A stretch of 64,000 nucleotides of DNA from Hormiphora californensis. Taxonomy: Eukaryota > Animalia > Ctenophora. Both the position numbers and the translations under genes were made by a program. This document shows, piece after piece, positions 50,745-64,000 of this stretch (the first letter of the stretch is position 1; every line of letters starts with the position of its first letter). The stretch covers positions 62,001 to 126,000 of the forward strand of contig CM035359.1 in NCBI GenBank assembly GCA_020137815.1, given 5' to 3'. The notes under the pieces were generated by a model, which was not told the origin of the DNA, did no database searches, and was given only the letters and a program-made list of their open reading frames with translations.

Positions 50745-51361
50745 AGGTATGGCAATTATGTTGGATGACCACTGTTTTCGCCTGCGGGTGGCCTATCTGG
50801 CGGTGCCGAGCTTTTTTAGATCAATAGCGCTAGACAGTGAGGCAGCTAGAGTGCGATAGAGTGCCGAGTGGTCAAGTTTAGTTACATGTTGCAAATAATT
50901 TTGTAAAATGTGAACAGTTTCCAAAAAATAAAGAAGTGTGGACAATTATTTATGCCGTGTGTTGTGATATGTTACATTGTAACTTACAAAGGGCGGATGT
51001 GTTTAATTTTTCGTATTTGATCGAGTGTATCGGTCCCTGTCTGGTGCCGCGACCCCATCTGAGAATCAAATGGGGTATGGCGCCGCCATACAGATCGGTC
51101 CCGTGTTGAATGTTATTGAAGTTCCCATAAATTTAATTTTACTCCCCATGTTTTTCCGCAAATCCAAATGGTTTAAATTTGTCAAATGCATAATAAACTA
51201 ATAAAGGAAACTCCAAACTAAAAAGCTGAAAAGGTTCTTTGCTATCAATATTTCTTTGGCCACATTGATGCCTGAGTGAGATCGAGGAGCGAGAATAGGT
51301 TGCAATGGAGCCAACATATCTCTGAACTCCTGTTTATCTTGTATTGATTGCGTTGGAGTGT

Positions 51362-51482
51362 AACTATACAATAATGGTAATATCTGTCAAACCCTGTCAG
51401 AGCATTGGCCTGACCCTATTCGGAATAGGGTCAGGCCAATGCTCTGACAGGGTTTGACAGATATTACCATTATTGTATAGTT
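51362..51482. repeat. Perfect palindrome with 60-bp arms and a 1-nt spacer
   Basis: 51362-51421 is the exact reverse complement of 51423-51482. Confidence 0.93.
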
Positions 51483-51971
51483 GAATAGTATTCCGGATTC
51501 CCATTTCTGAGCATTGACCTGACAGGTCCAACCAAGATCAATTGTCATCTACATCCAATCAGAAACCGGAGGGTGCCTGTATAGTATGGCGGCGCTGCAT
51601 ACCCCCATTTGATTCTCGACAGTGCGTTGCCCTTGTGTGAGGGGATCGCCCTACGGGTACGTGAATAGAGGGGCGCGACGTGCCCAAGACTGTGCGCTCA
51701 GATGGGGTCGCCGGTCGCGGCGCCAGACAGGTGAAAACGGGGTCTGGCTTCTTTGTCAGAGCAATAGCATGCTGTCTGGACTCTGGCGCCGCGACCCCAT
51801 CTGAGAATCAAATGGGGTATCATGACTATCATGGCGCCGCCATACAGTTCGCATGAACCGCGGCCGGACCCGGGACCATTGGCCTGACAGAACCCGCCAG
51901 TAGGTAAAGTGCGATTTTTAATAATGCGAACCGCTGACGCACACTTAATTCGATTTGCACATGCTAAATCC

Positions 51972-52072
51972 GGTTCCTGATAAGATAGAGACTTTTCATT
52001 GGTCGCATTGGAAAGATACAGTTTTTCTCTTTCCGACGCAACCAGGATCAAGTCTTTATCTTATCAGGAGCC
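51972..52072. mobile_element. ~100-bp MITE-like element with ~23-bp TIRs
   Basis: GGTTCCTGATAAGATAGAGACTT versus AAGTCTTTATCTTATCAGGAGCC. Confidence 0.55.
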
Positions 52073-53424
52073 AAGGATATGATTGAAACAACCTAAAAAA
52101 CTTTCCCATGCGTGGGAAAGTTTTTTGCGCGCAAGCGGTTCGTTTTATTAAAAATTGGACTATACGTTTCCAACACCACCAGGCAAATAAAAACACGTTT
52201 TATAAGGGGTAGAGAGGAATGTGCAAAAAAATAGGGAAGCTACATTTGTAACACGAAAACAAAAAGCTATCTCGTTGAGTAGGGGGGGGATGAGTTCTAT
52301 TCCTCAACATACCATGTGATCTAATGACTCTAAAGTTTAACGGGCTGGAATGTTTTAGACTGACACACTATAGAGCCAAACTTAGAGCAATGTAGCTACA
52401 AAGAAAGCAGTTAACTATGTTAAAGTGTACAGAAAGACAGCTCTTCCATTGCTCTTTGTTCGTTGGTAGGTGATAGTGGTCTTACTTTCCAGTGTTCCTT
52501 GAAAAAAACATAATTTACGAATATATGGATAAGCGCTGCAAAATCGTCATCATATGGGAATTGCTTGTGACCTATTTTTCCTCCCATACTTTTTATCTAT
52601 AAATAACTTTTAACAATAAAAGTCGCACCTTCTCTTTCTTTTTCTAGGGTGCTGAAAAAGTTTTAAATTTTAATTAAAATTTATAATTTGTGTCGGCGGC
52701 GCCAATAAGCTTCTTAGGAACCACATTCTCTCTCTCTCTCAGCAACAAACAAAACAAACAACTGCTCTCTCATTATCTTCTTCATAGCACACTCTCCTTA
52801 CACAGTTCAGTGTTGTGACTAACCTCTCGAGTGGAAAGGAAAACACCATAACATCGCCTCACGCAGTCTGGATATAATATTTAAACGAAGTAAAAAAAGT
52901 TTAGAGGTTCTGATTATAATTATATCGAGAATCGTCGCAACTTATATACCGAAACGAGTCAACTATAACTTAGGTATTAACTGCGATATATTCTTCATAG
53001 TAATGTTTTTGAATTTTAAGAATATACTATAAACATGGGCTGTCTTTTAAACGTTGTTAGTTGTTAAATGAAAAAATATGATGTTTTGGAAAATGAAGTT
53101 CAACGGAAGCCGTCAACTTTAAGGATACCCTGATCTATTTTCTCACGAAAGTTGTAGATCAAAGACTGGGAAAAATGAAATGGCTGTGCAATTAATAACT
53201 ATAAGCGATTAAGAAGATAGAAAAAATATTAGATGATTTTATAGTTAAAAATGAGAGAGATATTTACACAAAAAACGCGGTCGAGTGTTTCCATTATAAT
53301 ATATCAGTATCGTTGTACTGAAGATACGGGTTTAGATTCGCTACCAGATACCTACAATGGAAACACTGACCGGGTGGGTCTCACCCGTGTGCGTTATCAG
53401 CAAACACATGTCACGCGTTATTAC

Positions 53425-53533
53425 CAGGAACCGACCGACACAAGTAAACAACCAATCAGAACTCGTTATTTAGGTCACGTGACTGGTTATCAGCCAATCA
53501 GGTACCAGTATTTCCTGATTCGGTCGGTTCCTG
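53425..53533 (+). mobile_element. MITE-A copy 12
   Basis: Perfect TSD GTTATTAC. Confidence 0.92.
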
Positions 53534-54323
53534 GTTATTACACAGTATGTAATTACCACGCGTGACATGATCATACTGATCAAGTTTGCAATATATTTCA
53601 TTGCCCTCAAAAAACAAACCAACATGAAGCTACATCTTTCCCCAATTATAGGTAACAACAATACACACAATATATCACTCCACCCCAGACGTAGAGCACC
53701 AGACCTCCTTTCAGAGAGAACCAGTGTCACGTCTGAATGTGGTGTCTCTCGCTATTTCTTTATCTCGATGTTTCTCTTTTTTTCGCAAACAATCATCGAA
53801 TTCAGCGCTGCAAATAACGTCCGCACACACAAAAGTCTGTGTTTAATATTCGTTCACACTCACACACACTGCACAGCAGTCTACCAGCTTTCAGCTTTTC
53901 ATAATATCACGAGGAGGGGGCGACACGGAGGTATATATCTCTAACATGAACACACGTAGTGCCGAGGGGATTTCCTATCTCCGATAACAACCTTCCTCAA
54001 GGATAATAACTTTGCGGTCAACACCGTGTTGTGTGTTACGTTGATGGCTGTGGCATGTTGATGTATAGGAGGTGGGTAGGTGGTTTAAAGTTGAAAGAGG
54101 TCAGATTGATCTCATCTGATGACTTCTTTAGTTGCTGCTGTGGTGGTGCAATCAGAGTGGTTTCATCTACAGGTGTTCTGAAAGAGGGCTGGTGTTAAAA
54201 AACCCAATATCTTTCAAGCAACAGAAAGTGTATATCCTCCTTTCTAAAACCTTCGTTTATAATAGTAACATTAACATGTTCAAACTTCCTCCCTTATTGG
54301 TGAGAGAGGGCCGAGCACACAAC

Positions 54324-55487
<1,164 letters not shown>

Positions 55488-56815
55488 CTGGAAGGGGAGG
55501 GGGTGATTGTTAGGTGACTGTGGAAGGGGAGGGGGTGATTGTTTCACTAGGTGACTCTGAAGGGGGTGAAGGGAATAAGGGGGTTGGATTGTTAGGGGAC
55601 TTTGAGTTTTTTTTTATTTGGGGGGGGTTTGGGGGGCTTAAACCATGTTTTATTTTTGGGTTCCCGTTTTGGATAAGGGAAAAAAAAAGGCAATCCTGAA
55701 GGGGGTCAATATTGAACAAAGGCTGTGAATTGAGCCTGGTATCTTAAAATCCAAATCATTGTCTACCGAACCCTACAGAGGCGGACCCAATGTAACATAT
55801 ATATTTAATAAAAAATCCGTGGAAATAATAAATAAAAACTATACACCTGGTAAAAAACCCCGAAATGAAAAACCCGGGGAAAGAAAAAAGGAAGAGAAGG
55901 GGAAAAGGAGAGGGGAAGGAAGAGAAGAAGGAAATGAGAGAAGAAAAAGAAGAAAAAAAAAAAAAAGGGGGGGAAATGGCCCCATCCCCTTCCCTTTCCC
56001 CCTTCCCCCAAATACCCCCCTTATTATTTTTTTGGGGTCCTTTTTTTTCAGCATTTTCCCTTTTTCCCCAATTTCAAAAAATAAAAAAATCTCTCTCATC
56101 ATCTACTCGTACTTGATATGACGTGCGATGAATATTCTGCCAAAAAATTTCCAACCATGGAAAAGGGGGGAAAAAAGGATAGATAGATAGATAAAATAAT
56201 GGGAAGTGAGGGAATGTTTTTCTCAAAGAAAAACCCTAACTAAATTTTAAATTTAAAAGGGTAAGGGGGATGATGGAAGCAATTGCACAAGATAAAATTT
56301 AAACTTGGGAAAAACCAAAAATATGATCCCCTCAAAATCTGAAAAACCCTTTGTCAAAAAATGTAGACTCTTAAAATCGATGAGTATGTGAAATTGTACA
56401 TTTACTTCATTTTCCCCGACTAAAAAAAAAACGAACAGATTTAGAGATTGCCAATTTAGGGAATAATGGAGCCCCTTTTGCCGACCATTCCACATTGAAT
56501 CTTTGAAACAACGCCCATAACTTTCTCTCAAACAAAAACTCATACCCATAGTAATACTAGATGGTATCCCAAGTTGTAAAGGGTCATGGCCTGGTAAATA
56601 CTATGGCACACCGACAACAAATGGCCCAAAATTGCATTCTCATCTCATGTTGTGATGTCTGTGCGTCTGTGTTTTGGTTTGGTTTGGTTTGGTTTGGTAG
56701 TACTACGGTATAGCCACTGAGCAGCAAGCTACTGTCTGTGCGTCTGTGCGCTGCAGAGATTGCTCTCCTGAGATCACACGTCGGATCACATTCCACGCCC
56801 TAAAATTCCACAAGT

Positions 56816-56816
56816 C

Positions 56817-56888
<72 letters not shown>

Positions 56889-57023
56889 GGAGCTATCATG
56901 TTGTGCTATCGTTACAAGGGTTTATTGAATTGGCTCAACTTAAATTCGCTCCCAACAATCGTGGGTGTGTGTCGTGTGATTTGGCTGAACTTGATCAAGT
57001 TTCCCTGAAGATTGGAGAAATGT

Positions 57024-57080
<57 letters not shown>

Positions 57081-57927
57081 CGAGAGAGAGAGAGAGAGAG
57101 AGAGAGATATCAAATGATTAATCCAGGAAAAAACGATGAAATGACACTACGGATGCGGGGAAGTGACGAAAGAAAAAAAGACATTACTTTTAAATCGTAG
57201 CAAAAAACATTTTACTGGTCTAATGGACACCTGCTTATAATATCGAGATAAGAATCAGACACACCAAACCAGCCTCTCATCACAGATATATATCCCCCCT
57301 GTGTCTCCCAGTTGGTAGCTGTGGTGGAAACAGGGTTGAGAATGTTGAAGCCACCAAACTGTCTAGTGTGTTTGTGGTGTGAACACTGTCAAACCAGCTA
57401 CCTATTATATCTCGTCAGGAAACTCCCTGCGGTGTATCGCTACAAAGACAACAGCTACCGTGCTTAGTAGTTCGGACATTCCAAAACGGTTACCAAATTC
57501 CACAGATGGCGCTATGTAGTACCATGGCACCCCGATTTAGCTTTGTTTTCCTTCTCCGACAAAGAAAAAGAGCGCTATATATTTGTCAACACTCGACCAT
57601 CTCACTTTGGAAAGGAATCCTGGAACTAAAAAGGAACCGCCTAATGAACCTTCAGCCAAGAACCGTCCGACACAAGTAAACAAACAATCAGAACTCGTTA
57701 TTTAGGTCACGTGACTGGTTATCAGCCAATCAGGGACCAGTATTTCCTGATTCGGTCGGTTCCTGCCATCAGCCAAGATCATTAGCCTGGTATCGGTACT
57801 TTGGAGTAGATTTTAGGTAAAAAAGAACGATTTCAAAACAACTTACGGTTCTTTTGAACAACAAGATGCATTTCTCGGCATCTATTACCGTTTTTACATA
57901 TTTTGTAGTTACATAGAGAGAGAGAGA

Positions 57928-57999
<72 letters not shown>

Positions 58000-58392
58000 G
58001 AGAGAGAGAGTGAGAGAGAGAGAGAAATATATTCAGAGCGTCAATTTTCGTTCTATTGTTCACCATCCCCCCCCCCTATATGACAAGTGTGATATTTTGC
58101 ATCTAAGTGCAATTTATAAAACATATTTTACTTATTGATAGCAAACGCCCAATGACATCAGAATGGTAGTAATATGTTACGTTTATTAAGACATGATGGG
58201 TCCCGTGCGTCATACAAGGTGATGAATGCATAATTATTACAGGGCTTGCTTGATTAGGTAGTACTGTATACTGAATTGTGCGGCAACGTTCATTGTATAC
58301 ACGCCGAGAAAGGAGCTGCAGCTATGACTCAATTCTCTCTTACATATATCCCTCTTTATATCTCTCACCCTCTCAATCTCTCTATCTCTCTA

Positions 58393-58428
<36 letters not shown>

Positions 58429-58728
58429 TCTATCTCTCTATCTCTCTATCTCTGTCGACCAAGACAATGGAAAAATAAACAATCCAAAACACACGGTCTC
58501 ACGTATCGTCACTTCGTCTGTACACATCTGATTCATCGAGAGCTCATTTGAAATATACTTTTGACATAATATTGATGATTCTTTTTTCACCCAAATTGTA
58601 AATCAAATCGTATGGTTCCAAGCCCTCATTTTAGAGTGAATACACACTATTTACACATACACGCGCCGTAGCAGTTTTAATTCAAACAGACCGTCCACGA
58701 GAAGGCTATTAAAGAAGTTTGCATGTGT

Positions 58729-58799
<71 letters not shown>

Positions 58800-58800
58800 A
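56816..58800. repeat. Cluster of (GT)n/(AG)n/(CT)n microsatellites (~56816-56886, 57024-57107, 57915-58025, 58370-58452, 58732-58798)
   Basis: Direct inspection. Confidence 0.85.
57657..57765 (+). mobile_element. MITE-A copy 13
   Basis: TSD CCTTCAGC / CCATCAGC (7/8 match). Confidence 0.9.
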
Positions 58801-59541
58801 ATGTAAAAGGGCGGAGACTGAAAGCTACCGCCCACATGCAGCAGAGAAATGCACATTACACATGTTATAAACACGACATTGTCCTGAATTCAGCCTGATT
58901 TCATTGATGCCATTCTTATCCAAACTGTCCTGAAAAACATATACATATCATGCTATATTCTACTGCACTTGGTAATGAAATTCCCCCTCTGCGCTAACTC
59001 ACTTCGTAACCAACTACTGCACAGAGTCTTATTACGTCATTTCATTGTTTGAATGAGTATATATTGGTGGCCAACTACTGCTGTGCAGCTATTCTTAGTT
59101 CTGATTTCAGTCGCATGGACGAAGACAAGCATAATGTGCACCTAATAAAGCTATGATCGAGAGAAGAAATTACAATATTTTATAAACCTTTTGGAATAAA
59201 GTTTATAAAATAAATGTTGATGTCTTGAATACTATATCCATTCAACAGAGTAAATGAAACCATTTTATATCGTAGCAATTTAAAAGCTTTTAAATGCTAT
59301 AATACTTCTCTAAGATCGCTCTATCTTCTTTATCATTCATCATCGTGCCATCATTCTTTATCATTTAATATCTGTATTTTTCCTCTCTCTTCCTCCTTCC
59401 CTCTCTCTATCTCTCCCTCTCCCACTATACACGCATTGATCACACGACCCATTCAGAAGATCTATAATGGTAACTCGGTGATACAGAGCTGTACAGTGTG
59501 CAGGTTCTCAATTCTTCAGATACATCTCTACTGAATAGAAA

Positions 59542-60647
59542 GACGTGTAGAGAGCAGGGTTAGTACAGAACAGAGGCCTGGAGACGTGTAGAGAGCAGGG
59601 TTAGTACAGAACAGAGGCCTGGAGACGTGTAGAGAGCAGGGTTAGTACAGATAAGAGGCCTGTAGATGTGTAGAGAGCAGGGTGAGTACAGAACAGAGGC
59701 CTGTAGACGTGTAGAGAGCAGGGTGAGTACAGATAAGAGGCCTGGAGACGTGTAGAGAGCAGGGTTAGTACAGAACAGAGGCCTGGAGACGTGTAGAGAG
59801 CAGGGTTAGTACAGAACAGAGGCCTGGAGACGCGTAGAGAGCAGGGTTAGTACAGAACAGAGGCCTGGAGACGTGTAGAGAGCAGGGTGAGTACAGAACA
59901 GAGGCCTGGAGACGTGTAGAGAGCAGGGTTAGTACAGATAAGAGGTATGGAGACGTGTAGAGAGCAGGGTTAGTACAGATAAGAGGCCTGGAGACGTGTA
60001 GAGAGCAGGGTTAGTACAGATAAGAGGCCTGGAGACGTGTAGAGAGCAGGGTTAGTACAGATAAGAGGCCTGGAGACGTGTAGAGAGCAGGGTTAGTACA
60101 GAACAGAGGCCTGGAGACGTGTAGAGAGCAGGGTTAGTACAGAACAGAGGCCTGGAGACGTGTAGAGAGCAGGGTTAGTACAGAACAGAGGCCTGGAGAC
60201 GTGTAGAGAGCAGGGTTAGTACAGATAAGAGGCCTGGAGACGTGTAGAGAGCAGGGTTAGTACAGATAAGAGGCCTGGAGACGTGTAGAGAGCAGGGTTA
60301 GTACAGAACAGAGGCCTGGAGACGTGTAGAGAGCAGGGTGAGTACAGAACAGAGGCCTGGAGACGTGTAGAGAGCAGGGTTAGTACAGAACAGAGGTCTG
60401 GAGACGTGTAGAGAGCAGGGTTAGTACAGAACAGAGGCCTGGAGACGTGTAGAGAGCAGGGTTAGTACAGATAAGAGGTATGGAGACGTGTAGAGAGCAG
60501 GGTTAGTACAGAACAGAGGCCTGGAGACGCGTAGAGAGCAGGGTTAGTACAGAACAGAGGCCTGGAGACGTGTAGAGAGCAGGGTTAGTACAGAACAGAG
60601 GCCTGGAGACGTGTAGAGAGCAGGGTTAGTACAGATAAGAGGCCTGG
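59542..60647 (-). repeat. 41-bp minisatellite, ~27 copies; each minus-strand unit contains TACTAAC, a pyrimidine tract and CAG
   Basis: Plus-strand unit GACGTGTAGAGAGCAGGGTTAGTACAGA(AC/TA)AGAGGCCTGGA, period 41. Confidence 0.96.
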
Positions 60648-61015
60648 CGAGACAGCTTGAAGACAATACTGGGGAGCATACTACATAGACAACACCCAGT
60701 CAACAATAACCAGACCGTATGAAGAACGGATCCACTCATCCTGAGTGCCATGTCATTGCGGCAAGCTATGCTTCGTTTGGTGGAGCCCGTGGACTGTGAT
60801 GTTTTTACAATAAAAATATCTCGAGAATATTACTGTATTAATTTTTAAATACATATATCCGAATTCCAAGACGTCTTTTTATTTTATTATTTCCGTTTTC
60901 TGTGGAATACGACTCAAATCAATAATCCCAGGTCTTCCACTATTGTTTAGTTTGATATGGATGATTGCAGCAGTTGTAGGAAGAAAAACACTGGGAGCCA
61001 GGGAAATAATACCCT

Positions 61016-62465
<1,450 letters not shown>

Positions 62466-64000
62466 GAACGAGAGGAGAGAGGCTATAAGATAGATGTTCT
62501 ACGAGTGAGGGAGGAGAGAGAGCCGCGAGAGAATGTAGTTTTGTGGTAAGCCCCCAAAGTAACAAGAGGAATTATATAGTTAATGTGTGTATGTGTGTGG
62601 AATTGCCAACGAACAATTAACCAAGCCCTTTGAGGAATAAATAGAGAAAAAGAGGGGGGAAAAAGAGCAGACTAAGAGTCATTAAAAATGTATTGCGGAG
62701 CGTGATCACGGATAGGTTTACGCAGGCATAGTCTATGTTGCAAAAAAGGGAAAAAAGTTAAAACAGGCTTTAAAAGAAAAAAAAATTAGGAGATTTTAGA
62801 GATATTAAACAATTATTGGGGAGGTGGGAAAAATTTTGTTTAAACAAAATGTTGTGGGGTTTTTTGTTTGGGATAAAAAGGGGAAGTTTTTTGGGGGGTT
62901 TTTTTTGTTAAAAATTTTTTAAAAATTTTGGGAAAAAAAAAGTTAAAAAAAGGGAAAAAAAAAAGGGGAAAAAGTAAAACCCCGGAACCAGAAAAAAGGG
63001 GAAAGAAAATTTTTAAAAAAGGTTTTAGGGGGGATTTTGAAAAAAGGAAAAATTTTTTAACTTGAGGGGAAAAAAAGGGGTAATATTGGGGTGAATTTTT
63101 TTAGAGATAGGGGAAAGAAAAGAGGATAAAAAGGGGAAGAAGGGTGGGTTTAGAGAGGAGAAAAGGGAAAAAGGAGAGGAGGAAGGAGAGAAGGAAGGAG
63201 GGAAAGGGAGGGAGAGGGGGGGGAGAGGAAGGGAGAGTAAAGAGAGGGAGAGAGAGGGGGGGAAAAGGGGGGAAAAAAAGAATGTGGTTTTTGGTTTTGT
63301 TTGGAAGCAAACCAATTTTCAGGGGAAAAAAAGGGAAAAAATGAAAAAAGGGGAAGCAGACAGAGATAGGGAAAAAGGGTTATAAAAAAGGGAGGAAAGA
63401 AAGTGGAGACAATAAATCCATATTTTGCGTGAATGATCGTGATCACTTACACGGATAGTCTTTACAGGACCATACATGGATTTTATCTCAACCATTTAGC
63501 TTCGGCTACTATTAAAAGTTTTTCTAGATAATATATTCTATGTTAAGACTAAAGATATTCTTATGTATCTGCATGAAGTAATACTGCCAGTTTTTCTCTA
63601 AAAAGGATACGATTTGCCCCATCACTTTATCCTAAACTGAGATCACATCTCACATCACATATGAAGCCTTGATCTGAGTAGGAGCGGTAAAAACAGACGT
63701 GATCTAAGAATGAGTTATTGCACCAAAAAACAGGCACAATTATTACTATCGACATTTTCATCCCAGAGGCCCAACATTTCAAAGTGCAAACAATGACTCC
63801 TTTTGTCATAACCACAGACGGATTTGAGTGAATATTGTAAGTGATTGATTTTCTAATTTTCTAACTTTCCTTCTTTCTTTAACTAAAACAAAATCAACTA
63901 TATATACTACGTTACATACCATCTTAACTTTTACCTTTTTCTCTTTCCTAAATCGTGGTATAGGGACGCCCAGCCCAAACCCAGCAGCACTGGGATTTTA

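Noticed and set aside
55590-56450. A/G/T-run-rich stretch with Lys/Phe-rich ORFs
   Set aside because: Looks like low-quality, homopolymer-inflated sequence; no coherent coding signal.
59542-60647. CRISPR-like array (also considered for 46214-46420 and 50.2-51.9 kb)
   Set aside because: Units are contiguous with no unique spacers, there are no cas genes, and the context is eukaryotic.
62700-63420. Purine-rich homopolymer stretch with short ORFs
   Set aside because: Likely degraded or low-quality microsatellite sequence; no supportable feature.

Overview
Gene-dense, intron-rich animal genomic DNA, most likely a ctenophore (inferred from the GPCR motif variants, nested intronic gene, short introns and unpaired acceptors near start codons; not verifiable here). 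A 14.9-16.0 kb spacer with TTAGGG-like repeats separates two diverging gene runs. The minus strand carries DPCD, a TATDN2-like DNase, a single-finger GATA factor and an Ig-like type I membrane protein with a partial tandem copy at the window edge. The plus strand carries a Capicua-like HMG/C1 gene, dynactin p150Glued (DCTN1, hosting an antisense nested GPCR) and EFR3. The zinc-finger exons of a KLF gene lie on the minus strand at 54-55.5 kb. Non-coding DNA is packed with non-autonomous DNA transposons, foldbacks and micro/minisatellites. The most unusual signals concern splice sites. (1) A 109-bp hAT-like MITE has 13 copies; 9 of its 10 intronic copies lie within 19 nt of a 5' splice site, and in four the 8-bp target-site duplication is intron nt 1-8, so the donor is duplicated. 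(2) Splice junctions are repeatedly tandem-duplicated, and several minisatellites consist of branch-point/pyrimidine-tract units, the clearest being about 27 copies of TACTAAC...CAG. Some apparent +1 frameshifts and homopolymer-rich stretches indicate assembly errors, so fine gene-model details need RNA-seq confirmation.
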